A program made the translations under genes and the position numbers. 64,000 nucleotides of DNA from Smithellaceae bacterium (GTDB taxonomy: Bacteria > Desulfobacterota > Syntrophia > Syntrophales > Smithellaceae), in assembly GCA_963667845.2 (NCBI GenBank), contig CAXXVL010000001.1:608001-672000 (forward strand), in the 5' to 3' direction. Positions within the stretch are counted from its first letter, which is position 1. Every line of letters begins with the position of its first letter. The notes under the pieces are model-generated. The model did not search any database. It was not told the DNA's origin and saw nothing but the letters and a program-made list of their open reading frames with translations. Positions 47,399 to 57,437 of this stretch are shown piece by piece.

Positions 47399-48958
47399 AT
47401 GACCGGGCAGATGAAATTAAGCGGAAAATTAGGAGGAGCTTTCGGATTCGTGGCGCTGATGCTTTTCGTCGGCGGGATCGTCGGGACATTCGGAATATCT
47501 CAGATTTCCGATAAACTCCGGCATATTTCCGAAATCAGCCATCCGGCCACGTATCATATCGGCATTATTTCTGAAAATCAATTGAGGATCCAGCGATTGA
47601 GTCAGTCTCTCCTGGTGCCGGAGACGTTCAACAATATCAGTGAAAAAGAAAAAAAACTCAAAGGCCTTGAGGATGCACTGGGACGCGCGGAGGCATCGTG
47701 GAAGCAGTATGATCAACTTTCCCGGTCCGATGAAGCCGCCGCAGTCTGGAAGAATCTGCAGCCGGCCTGGGAATCCTGGAAGAACGCGGATCGGGACTTT
47801 GTCAGGCTGATCAAGGACGGCAAGAGGGAAGAGGCCCTCGGCGTGATGAGTGCTCAGCTTGGCCAATCTTTTAACCTGAGCCGGAGACTGCTTACGGATT
47901 TGTCGGAAGCCAATATGCGGCAGGCAAGGGCGGCAGGGAAGTCCGGAATTGCGGTCGCATGGTGGATGAAGATGGCAGCGCTGGTCGGGACTCTCATAGG
48001 AATTGCCGCAGCATGCGGCTTGGGCTTTTATTTTGCCGGATCCATTACGCGTCCCATCCGAAAGGTCATTGCAAAACTGAAGGAAACATCGGATCAGTTT
48101 GCGGAAGCGGCCGGGCAGATTGCGGATTCCAGCAACCATCTGGCCCAGGGAACATCCCATCAGTCATCCGCTGTTGAAGAAGCTTTTTTTGTTGTCAATG
48201 CGCTGGCAGCGGAGAACTACTCTCATAACGAAGTCGTCCAGAAACTGAGAAACGAGACCCATGGCGCGCACAATGTACTCGAAGACATGCAGCAGAGCGT
48301 CAGGTTGACGGCAGCGACGATGACGGACATTAAAGCGTCCAGCGAGGAAACATCCGGTATCCTTCGGAATATCGAGAAAATCGCATTTCAGACGAATCTG
48401 CTGGCGCTCAATGCGTCGGTGGAGGCGGCACGGGCGGGCGAAGTGGGTGCCGGATTCGCCGTGGTGGCCGACGAAGTCCGCAATCTGGCGATTCGATCCG
48501 CCGAAGCGGCGAAACAGACAACGCAGTTGATCGGCGGAACGGTTGACGCCATTTATAAGGGTGCGGAACTCGTGGAGTCGACAACAGAAAAATTTGAAGA
48601 GTATAGAGTTCTGGCCAATGAGTTTGTTGCCATTCTGGATCGTGTGGCGAATTTATGCCAGGAGCGGATGCCGAAGTTCCAGCAGATTAAAAAATCCATG
48701 GAAGAAATCAATTATATCGTGCAGGCCAATGCCGCCAGTGCAGAACAGGCGGCGGCCGCCGCCGAGGAAATGACCGCGCAGTGCGAAGCCATGAGACATT
48801 ACATCCGGGATCTTTCTGTCGTTATCGGAAAGATGCAGGAAAACGAACCCCTGGCCTTGTCTTTTTCGCGGTCCGACCGGCCGAAACTTCCGCCGCCGGG
48901 AAGCAGCGAGGAATTTCCGGTGACCCTGACCGGTCCCATCGAGGAGGCCAAGCCATGA
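47399..48958 (+). CDS. Methyl-accepting chemotaxis protein (4HB sensor)
   Basis: Two TM segments; [33 protein letters not shown]. Confidence 0.92.
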   Translation: MTGQMKLSGKLGGAFGFVALMLFVGGIVGTFGISQISDKLRHISEISHPATYHIGIISENQLRIQRLSQSLLVPETFNNISEKEKKLKGLEDALGRAEASWKQYDQLSRSDEAAAVWKNLQPAWESWKNADRDFVRLIKDGKREEALGVMSAQLGQSFNLSRRLLTDLSEANMRQARAAGKSGIAVAWWMKMAALVGTLIGIAAACGLGFYFAGSITRPIRKVIAKLKETSDQFAEAAGQIADSSNHLAQGTSHQSSAVEEAFFVVNALAAENYSHNEVVQKLRNETHGAHNVLEDMQQSVRLTAATMTDIKASSEETSGILRNIEKIAFQTNLLALNASVEAARAGEVGAGFAVVADEVRNLAIRSAEAAKQTTQLIGGTVDAIYKGAELVESTTEKFEEYRVLANEFVAILDRVANLCQERMPKFQQIKKSMEEINYIVQANAASAEQAAAAAEEMTAQCEAMRHYIRDLSVVIGKMQENEPLALSFSRSDRPKLPPPGSSEEFPVTLTGPIEEAKP

Positions 48959-50394
48959 AGAATCTGAAACTGAGTTCCAAACTAATCGGCGGTTTCCTGG
49001 TGATGGCGGCGATCGTGTTTCTCGGAGGACTGGTGGGCTTCTCCGGCATGTCCATCGTTGACGGACACCTGAGAGACGTTGTGGATGTTCGCGTTCCGGA
49101 AACGTATCAGCTTTCCGTGATTGCTGATCAGCAGCAGAATATTTTGGCCCTCGAGCAGGGGCTCTTGATCCCGGAGATCATCAGCAACACAACGGAAAAA
49201 GAGCAGCGGCTCAAAAGCATCGAAGAGTCATGGAATCGTGCAGACGCCGCCTGGAAGCAATATGATCAGTTGCCGCGGACGGAAGGAACGGCTCAAGCCC
49301 GCAGAGAGCTTGCGACAGCCTGGGCAGCCTGGCACAGGGCGGATCGGGAATTTGTCGGTCTGATCAAAGACGGCAAGCGCGAAGAGGCCCAAAAGATCAT
49401 GAGTGTGCAAATTGAGGAGTCGTCCGGATTGTGCCGGAGGTTGCTCAGGGACGTGTCGGACACCGCCGTGACCCTGGCCCGGCAGGCCGGTCAGTCCGGA
49501 ATGGCGCAGGGCGTGACGCTGACAACCATCGCGCTTTCCGGTACGGTCATCGGGATCATTCTGGCCGTTGTCTTCGGTATTTACTTTATCCGTTCGATTA
49601 CGCGACCGATCCATCATGTGATTGAAAATCTGACTCAGACGGCCGAGCAGTTCGCCGAAGCGGCGGGACAGATCGCCCAGTCGAGCAATCACCTGGCGGA
49701 AGGGACATCGAGACAGGCCTCGGCGGTGGAAGAAACCTATTGTGTGATCGAAGAACTGAAAATGTCGAATGCGACATATACGGAAAACATTGAGAAGGTG
49801 AAAAACCTGTTGCCGAAATCGCAGACTGACGGTTATGCCGCCTTCGAACTGATGAAATCCGCCAGGAAAGCGATGAAGGGGATCAAGCAAACCAGTGAAG
49901 AAACGTCGAAGATTGTTCAAACGATTGAGAAGATCGCATTTCAGACCAATCTGCTGGCGCTCAACGCTTCGGTCGAGGCCGCCCGCGCCGGTGATGCCGG
50001 CGGCGGTTTTGCCGTGGTGTCCGACGATATCCGCGGGCTGGGAGCAAGCTCTACACAAGCCGCCAAAACTTCCATCGCGCTGATCGAGAAAACGGTCAAT
50101 ATCGCCAGCAGCGGCAACGACTTTATCGGCGTCAGCATTAAGAAATTTATCGATTACGGGAGCAGTTCCACAAATATCGCTACGTTTACAGCCGATGCGA
50201 CAGACGAGGCGAAAAAGCAGATGGAGGGCTTCGACAAGATCAACGCGCTCATTGAAGCCATCAGCAAATCGGCGCAAACCAATGCGGCCGGCGCAGAGGA
50301 ATCGTCCTCCGTGGCCGAAGAGACTACGGCCCAGGCCATGTCGGTGAAGTCGGTTGTCGATGAACTGGCTCAAGTCGTCGGCTACAACCGATAA
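48955..50394 (+). CDS. Methyl-accepting chemotaxis protein, tandem paralogue
   Basis: GAGG SD; sensor domain similar to the upstream [23 protein letters not shown]. Confidence 0.9.
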   Translation: MKNLKLSSKLIGGFLVMAAIVFLGGLVGFSGMSIVDGHLRDVVDVRVPETYQLSVIADQQQNILALEQGLLIPEIISNTTEKEQRLKSIEESWNRADAAWKQYDQLPRTEGTAQARRELATAWAAWHRADREFVGLIKDGKREEAQKIMSVQIEESSGLCRRLLRDVSDTAVTLARQAGQSGMAQGVTLTTIALSGTVIGIILAVVFGIYFIRSITRPIHHVIENLTQTAEQFAEAAGQIAQSSNHLAEGTSRQASAVEETYCVIEELKMSNATYTENIEKVKNLLPKSQTDGYAAFELMKSARKAMKGIKQTSEETSKIVQTIEKIAFQTNLLALNASVEAARAGDAGGGFAVVSDDIRGLGASSTQAAKTSIALIEKTVNIASSGNDFIGVSIKKFIDYGSSSTNIATFTADATDEAKKQMEGFDKINALIEAISKSAQTNAAGAEESSSVAEETTAQAMSVKSVVDELAQVVGYNR

Positions 50395-50495
50395 AGATAA
50401 AGTTTCTGTCCCGCAGACATTCAGCGCTCTGAAATCAAGTTCAACATAAGAGATTTTCTCATTGCGGGGAAATCTCTATCCGGAAGAGTCTCCCG

Positions 50496-50593
50496 ATCAA
50501 CCACCTCGCGGCAAGCTGTCGAGGTATGAAATGAACGTCACTATATCGCAGCAAGCGACAGGGAATTAACGCTCGTCGCGTGTGATCGGGATC
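50496..50593 (-). repeat. Family B repeat copy 8 (long form, inverted)
   Basis: ATCAACCACCTCGCGGCAAGCTGTCGAGGTATGAAATGAACGTCACTATATCGCAGCAAGCGACAGGGAATTAACGCTCG…. Confidence 0.9.
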
Positions 50594-50622
50594 ACACAAT
50601 TGTTACAAAAAGGCTCGATCAT

Positions 50623-50649
50623 TCAAGATCTCAATTCTTTTGCCGATAC
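50623..50649 (+). promoter_or_regulatory. Sigma-28 (FliA)-type promoter upstream of an MCP
   Basis: TCAA-N15-GCCGATAC versus consensus TAAA-N15-GCCGATAA. Confidence 0.55.
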
Positions 50650-50766
50650 TATAAAGCAGGTATCGGATTCACGATGTCTTTCCACAAAAAACATAAATGA
50701 TTCAATTATATACAGTTGTTCTGATGATGTGAGCTTGTCAATACAATTCATCCGAGGAGTTATTTT

Positions 50767-52383
50767 ATGAAAAGATTTTTCGACAATTTGAAATTAGGGA
50801 AGAAAATCATTTTGGCTCCAATGGTTGTACTCGTATTTCTTGTTCTTAATGCAATAGGAACTTATCAGGCCGTATCCTTGCAGAGCAATTCCATCGATGA
50901 TATCTATAATAACCGATTCAAAGGCTATCAACAGAGTTCACAAATCATTGTGGAAATGTCCGGTGTCCAGACCAAATTGTATAAGATAATGAACTGGATC
51001 GCTTCCAATTACGATAAAAAAAGAATCGAAGATCTGACACGGCAAATCGATACCGATATTTCCGGTAATGTTGAGTTCACGAGGAAAATACTCAATTCGC
51101 CAAGCCTCTTGCCGGATGAGAAAAAATATTATCAAATCGCATATAAGAACCTGCTGGAATTCCAGAAACAGGCAAAGAGTGCACTGGAAATTGCGGCTCA
51201 GGATGCCAACACGGCAGTCATGGCTTTCGGCATGGCCGAGGATGCATTTAGAGATCTGGATAAAAGCCTTCGGGACCTCAACGCGCTCGAAGACAAACTC
51301 AGCAAACAAAAATATGAATATTCCATTAAAGTGGTCAACACAACATTGATGATTTTTTTGCTTGTCGTGGTGATTGCTATTCTGATGTCCTTCCTGACCA
51401 GCATTTTCATCTCGAGAATGATCTTGAGGCCGATCCGGGAAACCATTACCGTCCTCAGTGAATTGGCCAAGGGAGACCTGACAAAGGAAATCAATTTGCA
51501 GTCCAGTGACGAAATCGGTGAACTGGTCCAATCCGTTAATACGATGCGCGGTAAAATGAATGATGCCGTAGGTCAGGCGATGCAAGTCTCGGCGGTTCTG
51601 ACGGATTCGGCGTCCAAAGAAGCGGCTGCGATTGAGGAAACGTCGGCCTCTCTTGATGAAATCGCTTCCATGACTCAGCAAAATGCAGAAAACACCGTTC
51701 AAGCAAACGAACTTATGTTGTCGGTGAAAGGCGCCATTGGCAGAGCCAATGATTCCATGTCCGAACTGACCACCTCCATGAAAGATATTACAAAGGCAAG
51801 TGAACAGACTCAGAAAATCGTGAAGAGCATCGACGAAATTGCCTTTCAGACAAACCTGCTCGCCCTGAACGCATCAGTCGAAGCTGCCCGTGCAGGAGAG
51901 GCCGGAGCGGGATTTGCTGTCGTCGCCGACGAAGTCCGGAATCTTGCTTTACGGGCAAAAGAATCAGCACGGGATTCTTCCAACCTGATTGATGATATTG
52001 TCCATAAAGTAAAAGGCGGCGAGAATCTGGTTGTGGTGACCAGCACCGCATTCCGGGAAGTGACGTTGAGTTCGGATAAGGTCGTCGATCTGACGAAAGA
52101 CATAGCCATTGCATCCCGGGAACAGTCCCAGGGAATCGGGCAGGTCAATAACGCAATTGCGGAAATGAGCACAACCACTCAGCAAAACGCCAGCAATGCA
52201 GAGAATTTGTCGAACATCATGTCTATTTTTACAACGGAGGATCTGTCCGATACAGGCGACGAACGCGACAGAATTCTTCATCTGACGTCAGGTAAGAAAG
52301 CAGGAAATAAAACGATCGATCACAGGAAACATTTACCGTCTCGGGAACGGAACTCTAATAAGCGGCTTCAATTTCATCCTTAG
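50767..52383 (+). CDS. Methyl-accepting chemotaxis protein with HAMP domain
   Basis: TM-sensor-TM, HAMP (GDL…DEIGEL), conserved hairpin tip. Confidence 0.95.
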   Translation: MKRFFDNLKLGKKIILAPMVVLVFLVLNAIGTYQAVSLQSNSIDDIYNNRFKGYQQSSQIIVEMSGVQTKLYKIMNWIASNYDKKRIEDLTRQIDTDISGNVEFTRKILNSPSLLPDEKKYYQIAYKNLLEFQKQAKSALEIAAQDANTAVMAFGMAEDAFRDLDKSLRDLNALEDKLSKQKYEYSIKVVNTTLMIFLLVVVIAILMSFLTSIFISRMILRPIRETITVLSELAKGDLTKEINLQSSDEIGELVQSVNTMRGKMNDAVGQAMQVSAVLTDSASKEAAAIEETSASLDEIASMTQQNAENTVQANELMLSVKGAIGRANDSMSELTTSMKDITKASEQTQKIVKSIDEIAFQTNLLALNASVEAARAGEAGAGFAVVADEVRNLALRAKESARDSSNLIDDIVHKVKGGENLVVVTSTAFREVTLSSDKVVDLTKDIAIASREQSQGIGQVNNAIAEMSTTTQQNASNAENLSNIMSIFTTEDLSDTGDERDRILHLTSGKKAGNKTIDHRKHLPSRERNSNKRLQFHP

Positions 52384-52425
52384 GTGTGATGAAATAATAT
52401 TTGTCAATTAAAAAGGAGGTAATGG

Positions 52426-52890
52426 ATGATGAAGAAAGTATTGGCATTGGTAATGGCCGTCTTGTTTATGGCCGGCGTTGGTGTTGCAATGGCTGAAGAA
52501 AAGGGTACACCCGATGAGGCCAAGGCAATGGTCAAGAAGGCCGTGGCATACATGAAAGAAGTGGGAAAAGAAAAAGCGCTTGCCGAATTCAACAATCCGA
52601 AGGGGAAGTTTGTCTACAAAGACCTTTATGTCTGGGCTACGGGCATGGACGGCACTAACCTTTCTCACCCTTACACACCGGCGCTCATCGGCAAAAACAT
52701 GTATAACCTGAAGGATGCGGATGGAAAATTTTTCGTCCAGGAAAGGATCAACATCCTTAAGACGAAACCAAGCGGAACCATCGAATATCGTTGGACCAAT
52801 CAAAATTCCAAGAAAGTGGAGCAAAAGGTTGCCTATTTTGAGACTGTCCCCGGCATGAACCTTTTCCTTAATTGTGCATACTATAAATAA
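52426..52890 (+). CDS. Stand-alone periplasmic single Cache domain protein
   Basis: Signal peptide; G.F…DLYV…HP….GKN…KDADGK…Y.W. Confidence 0.85.
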   Translation: MMKKVLALVMAVLFMAGVGVAMAEEKGTPDEAKAMVKKAVAYMKEVGKEKALAEFNNPKGKFVYKDLYVWATGMDGTNLSHPYTPALIGKNMYNLKDADGKFFVQERINILKTKPSGTIEYRWTNQNSKKVEQKVAYFETVPGMNLFLNCAYYK

Positions 52891-53294
52891 TTAAATACAA
52901 AAGTTCATCGAAAACCGGCAATCGTCCATAGAAATCGAAAACGATGTTCGTGGCGTAGCCGGTTTTTTCTATTCAAAATTGATATACACTTGTTTTTTGC
53001 ATATCAATCAAGGGAGACGCCTTAAATTTAAAACGAGGCAGACAAGTTCGCGGGAATATTCCCGAGCCATCGAATTGCTGCCGCATGCATCCGCTTTGAC
53101 TAAAGGGAGATGTCCCGCCATGCTGTTCATTGCGAAAGGCCTTCACGCGATATGTGCCGCTGCCCGGTCATTTCAGGATTTACCGAACCATCCCTCCATC
53201 GCTGACCGTTACTCTCAGGAAATGATCTTGCCTAAAGCGGCCGCGAAAGGTATTATCAATTTTAGAATTAAATGAAAGAGACGACGGCGCGTGC

Positions 53295-54164
53295 ATGAAA
53301 CGATTTTTTGTCTGCTTGATGATTATCACCGGAATTCTGGTCTGGTCGTCTTCCTTATATGCCGCCGGTGAACCCGAGCGGCGGTTTGTCGAGCAGGCGC
53401 TCGTGGCCCAGGGAGTGGATCCCGCGCAGGCCGAATGCCTTATGCAGGATCCTCGCATCTTCATCCAATCGGATATCGTCATTAAAAACCTCTTCTATTC
53501 CAAACCCAAAGGGTCCAAGAAAAATCCGGACGTCATGGAGATAGATCCGCTTCTTGTTGAACGCGGGAAACGCTTTATGAAAGAAAATGCCGAGGAGCTG
53601 TCCGCCGTGGAAAAAAGTTTTGGTACGTCGCCGCGGATCATTACGGCCATTCTCATTATCGAATCCAGGCTGGGAAGTTTCCGGATGCCCTGGAACGCGG
53701 CGAATGCCTATGCCAACCTGGCATTCCTTTCGGACCCGGCCTATCTCGAAGCGATACAGAACCTGTATGCGGACAGGTATCCGCAGCTTCGCGATGAAGC
53801 GACGGTTGCCCGGGCGAAACGGAAAGCGAAATGGGCGGCAGTCGAACTTGCTTATCTTGTTCACATCGCCAATCATCTGGGTATCGATCCGCTGACCCTC
53901 TCCGGATCGTTTGCGGGCGCGCTGGGGCCGGCGCAATTCATACCGTCGTCGTTCTGGATTTTCGGAATCGACGGCGACAAGGATGGCATGGCCAATCCGC
54001 TCAATATGGCGGACGCGAATCTCAGCATGGGGAACTATTTAAGAAAATACGGTTGGCGGGAGGACGCCCCGCTCGAACAAAAACGCAGGGCGCTCTGGTA
54101 CTATAACCACAGCGACGTTTACGTAAACACCGTCATGACGGTCTATGAAAAACTGGGACGCTGA
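53295..54164 (+). CDS. Lytic murein transglycosylase (MltB-like)
   Basis: I.IESRLG, GSFAGA.G.AQFIPSS, DGDKDG, NYL..YGW, YNHS..Y. Confidence 0.9.
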   Translation: MKRFFVCLMIITGILVWSSSLYAAGEPERRFVEQALVAQGVDPAQAECLMQDPRIFIQSDIVIKNLFYSKPKGSKKNPDVMEIDPLLVERGKRFMKENAEELSAVEKSFGTSPRIITAILIIESRLGSFRMPWNAANAYANLAFLSDPAYLEAIQNLYADRYPQLRDEATVARAKRKAKWAAVELAYLVHIANHLGIDPLTLSGSFAGALGPAQFIPSSFWIFGIDGDKDGMANPLNMADANLSMGNYLRKYGWREDAPLEQKRRALWYYNHSDVYVNTVMTVYEKLGR

Positions 54165-54196
54165 ACAAAGCGTCCCGGTTTCATCCGTTTTTCTTC

Positions 54197-55816
54197 TTAC
54201 CACGGATCAATGAAAGAATGAGAAGCAACCTCCGGCGGCCGCACAGGCGCCGACTTCAGGCCTTGCATGATCCACTTGCGGGTATCGGCCGGGTCGATAA
54301 CCGCGTCGATCTCCAGATAGGCGGCCATGTTGATGGCCTTGCCTCGTTCATACAGCTGGGCGACCAGAAAATCATAGAGTTCTTCGCGTTTCTGAGGATC
54401 ATCGATTGCGGCGAGCTCTTTCTTGAATCCCGCTTTGACGGCGCCTTCCAGCCCCATCCCGCCGAATTCTCCGGTCGGCCAGGCAGCCGTAAAGAACGAT
54501 TCATGGAAGCCGCCTTTGGCCATGGCCATGGCGCCCAGACCGTAACCTCTGCGCAGCACGACGGTGAAATAAGGCACGCTGAGATGAGATCCGATGACAA
54601 ACATGCGGCAGACATGGCGCACCTGCGCGCGTTTCTCAATTTCCGGTCCGACCATGAAGCCGGGAGTATCGCATAGTGAGAGAATCGGTACGCCGTGCGC
54701 GTTGCAAATCTGCATCAAGCGGGCGACCTTGTCCGCGCCTTCGGCTTCGATGGCGCCGGCCGTGACCATAGAGTTGTTGGCGATGACGCCGAAAGGACGG
54801 CCTTCGATACGGATGAGACCCGTCACCATGCTGGGGCCGAACTTGGGCTTGAGTTCCAGAAACGAGTCCGTGTCGGCAATGCCTTTAATGACGCTGCGGA
54901 CGTTGTAGGCGCGTTTGCGGCTTTCCGGAATCAGCGTACGCAGTTTGAGAGGATCGCCTGTTTCCCACGACGGCGCGACGCCCTGGAAATAGGAAAGATA
55001 TTTCTTGGCAACGGCGACGGCTTCCACATCGTCTTCGACTTCGATATCCACCACGCCATTTTGTGTCTGGATATCCATCGGGCCGACTTCCTCCGGTTTG
55101 AAAACGCCTAAGCCCCCGCCTTCAATCATCACGGGACCGCCCATGCCGATGTTGGAATTTTTTGTGGCAATAATCACGTCGCAGCAGCCCAGGAGCGCTG
55201 CGTTTCCGGCAAAGCAGAACCCTGATAAAACACCGACCACCGGCACATGGCCGCTCAACCTGGCAAATGCGCCGAAGGTTGTCAGGTCCAGTCCGGCGAT
55301 CACAACGCCTTCCGCATCAACGTCACCGGGCCTTCCGCCGCCGCCTTCCGCGAAGAAAATCAGCGGCAAGCGCTGTTCGTAGGCCAGATGCAGCATGCGG
55401 TCCTTTTTTTTGTGGTTGAAGAAACCCTGGGTGCCGGCCAGAACGGTATAGTCATAGGCCAGAACCATGCAGCGGGCTTTGTCTTCCGCGAACATCGAAC
55501 CGTTGACGGCTCCGACGCCCGCGATCATCCCGTCGGTGGGTGTTTTCGCGATGAGATCATCGACGGAACGACGTCCGCGCTGTGCGGCAATCGCCAGCGC
55601 GCCATATTCGATAAAACTCCCGGAATCGCAGAGGTCCAAAACATTGGCGCGCGCCGTACGCTGATTTTTCTGTTTTCTTTTCTCAACGACGTCGGGACGG
55701 TTTTCATCCAGGCCGAACGATTGGCGTTTGATTAATTCGGCAAGCTCCGGTCGGATGGGGTTATTGTTGGTTTTCTGAAGTCCTGCCGCGTCGCTTTTTT
55801 TCTTATCCGTTTCCAT
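54197..55816 (-). CDS. Acyl-CoA carboxyl transferase domain protein
   Basis: DYTVLAGT, EGGGGRPGD, GMGGP, DTPGFMVG, IDAVIDPADTR. Confidence 0.88.
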   Translation of the reverse strand: METDKKKSDAAGLQKTNNNPIRPELAELIKRQSFGLDENRPDVVEKRKQKNQRTARANVLDLCDSGSFIEYGALAIAAQRGRRSVDDLIAKTPTDGMIAGVGAVNGSMFAEDKARCMVLAYDYTVLAGTQGFFNHKKKDRMLHLAYEQRLPLIFFAEGGGGRPGDVDAEGVVIAGLDLTTFGAFARLSGHVPVVGVLSGFCFAGNAALLGCCDVIIATKNSNIGMGGPVMIEGGGLGVFKPEEVGPMDIQTQNGVVDIEVEDDVEAVAVAKKYLSYFQGVAPSWETGDPLKLRTLIPESRKRAYNVRSVIKGIADTDSFLELKPKFGPSMVTGLIRIEGRPFGVIANNSMVTAGAIEAEGADKVARLMQICNAHGVPILSLCDTPGFMVGPEIEKRAQVRHVCRMFVIGSHLSVPYFTVVLRRGYGLGAMAMAKGGFHESFFTAAWPTGEFGGMGLEGAVKAGFKKELAAIDDPQKREELYDFLVAQLYERGKAINMAAYLEIDAVIDPADTRKWIMQGLKSAPVRPPEVASHSFIDPW

Positions 55817-56081
55817 GTGCTTTATACTCCCGTGTCAGTTAAGAGATATTTGTACCGGCACGAAACGTCCGGTATTTTGCTTTGTCAATTAAATGAACTC
55901 ACATTTTAATGCTATAATTATTTTTTTCTTATTTCCATATTTTTCCATTCGGTGGAGATTTTTACTTCCGCGGCACAGCCCCGACGGAAGGCTCATCTCT
56001 GGGGGACACCTGGAATGGCGCTGGATTGACCGACGATTCTTCATGAGACCGCAGGACGGGTTTTGCCGTTCTTCCATCGGC

Positions 56082-57437
56082 TCAGCCGGCTTCGTCGACC
56101 AGTCCGTATTTCTTAAAAATGTAGTCGTTGTCTTCGCCGATATTCGCCGAAATCCATTTTACCCTGAGCGGTGTTTTGGTCATCTTGCCGGTTGTCGGCA
56201 ATGTTACGACCCCAAACGAGGGATGGCTGATTTTCGGGAAAGTCCCGCGCGCTGCCCAGTGCTCTTCTTTGAGGACTTCAGCAGGCGTCAGCATTTTCGT
56301 TGTGACGGGAAGCCCTCCGCCCCGCCATTTGGAGCGGGCTGCTTTTACACTGTAGGCGGCGAATTTTTCGTTAATTTCCTGATACGTGAATTTACCGACG
56401 GCATTTTCCACGATGCTGTTGAGTTCTTTGACCTTTTCAATATCATCCGTGATCCGGTCCAGAAGCGTTTTCCAGTCCTCTTCAATTTTCCATTGGCCCA
56501 GAAGCTTCAGAGCCGCCCGGAAGTCCTGATCGCGGAAGCAGGCGATGGCCACGTAACCGTCCTGGCACTTGAAGAATCCGTAAGGACACAGGCCGTAGTC
56601 GAGTGTGCCATAGCGCAGCCGCGGCTTCTTCCAAACATAGCCGATGGTCGGCGGAAAACCGACGCAGGAGGCGTATGCATCGGCCGTGGCGATGTCGACC
56701 ATTTGTCCTTCACCGGTTCGCCGTTTAAAGAAAGAGGCGACAAGTCCTCCGCAGGCGGCACCAACCGCGGATGTGTAGCCGGCGGCATAGAACCCCGCGC
56801 GGGTCGGCCAGTTATAAGGTTCGGGAGCATCCGGAAGATCACCGATGAGCGCGGTCAGGCCCGACTCCGCCTGCGAGGTCAGGTCCGTCCAGGGCATCTC
56901 GGCCATTTCTCTGCCCTTGGCCGTATAATGCCCGTAGGGCGAAATGGCGATATAGATGAGGCCGCCATTGAGTTCCCGCAGTTGCCGGTAGCCGACGCCC
57001 CAGGCATCCATCATCCCCGGGGCGTAGGTGTCAATGAGGATATCCGCCCGCGAGGCCAGGCGCTTGAGATTTTGCCGGCCTTCGGGACTTTCCAGATCCA
57101 GAGTGATCTGCCGCTTGTTGCGGCTTTCCATCAGATAAGGAATGCCGACGCCCTGGACATTGGCCCCATACGGGCTCATGGCGCGCGAAGGGTCGCCTTC
57201 GGGAGGTTCAACCTTAATCACCTCGGCGCCGGCTTCAGCCAGAAAACTCGCCGCGATATTTCCGGAGAAATTGGCATAACTCAGGTCGAGGACCATCATG
57301 TCGTCCAGGGCTTCCGGTTTTCCTTCGGACGTTGTCAATTGCGTCAGAATATTTTTCCAATCGGATAATTTGGACGCGCCTTTCTTCTGCAGATATCTGG
57401 AATAGACTCGCTCTTTAATGGTCGTCACCCCCTTCAT
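56082..57437 (-). CDS. Class III (CaiB/BaiF) CoA-transferase subunit; catalytic Asp apparently absent
   Basis: VLDLS, GAEVIKVEPP.GD, RNK..ITLDL. Start uncertain. Confidence 0.85.
   Translation of the reverse strand: MKGVTTIKERVYSRYLQKKGASKLSDWKNILTQLTTSEGKPEALDDMMVLDLSYANFSGNIAASFLAEAGAEVIKVEPPEGDPSRAMSPYGANVQGVGIPYLMESRNKRQITLDLESPEGRQNLKRLASRADILIDTYAPGMMDAWGVGYRQLRELNGGLIYIAISPYGHYTAKGREMAEMPWTDLTSQAESGLTALIGDLPDAPEPYNWPTRAGFYAAGYTSAVGAACGGLVASFFKRRTGEGQMVDIATADAYASCVGFPPTIGYVWKKPRLRYGTLDYGLCPYGFFKCQDGYVAIACFRDQDFRAALKLLGQWKIEEDWKTLLDRITDDIEKVKELNSIVENAVGKFTYQEINEKFAAYSVKAARSKWRGGGLPVTTKMLTPAEVLKEEHWAARGTFPKISHPSFGVVTLPTTGKMTKTPLRVKWISANIGEDNDYIFKKYGLVDEAG

Noticed and set aside
55893..57368. 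Long antisense ORFs (e.g. 55893..57368+, 9303..11108-, 15915..17528-, 4308..5459-, 62215..63402+)
   Set aside because: They are shadows of well-supported genes on the opposite strand in GC-rich DNA and carry no motifs.
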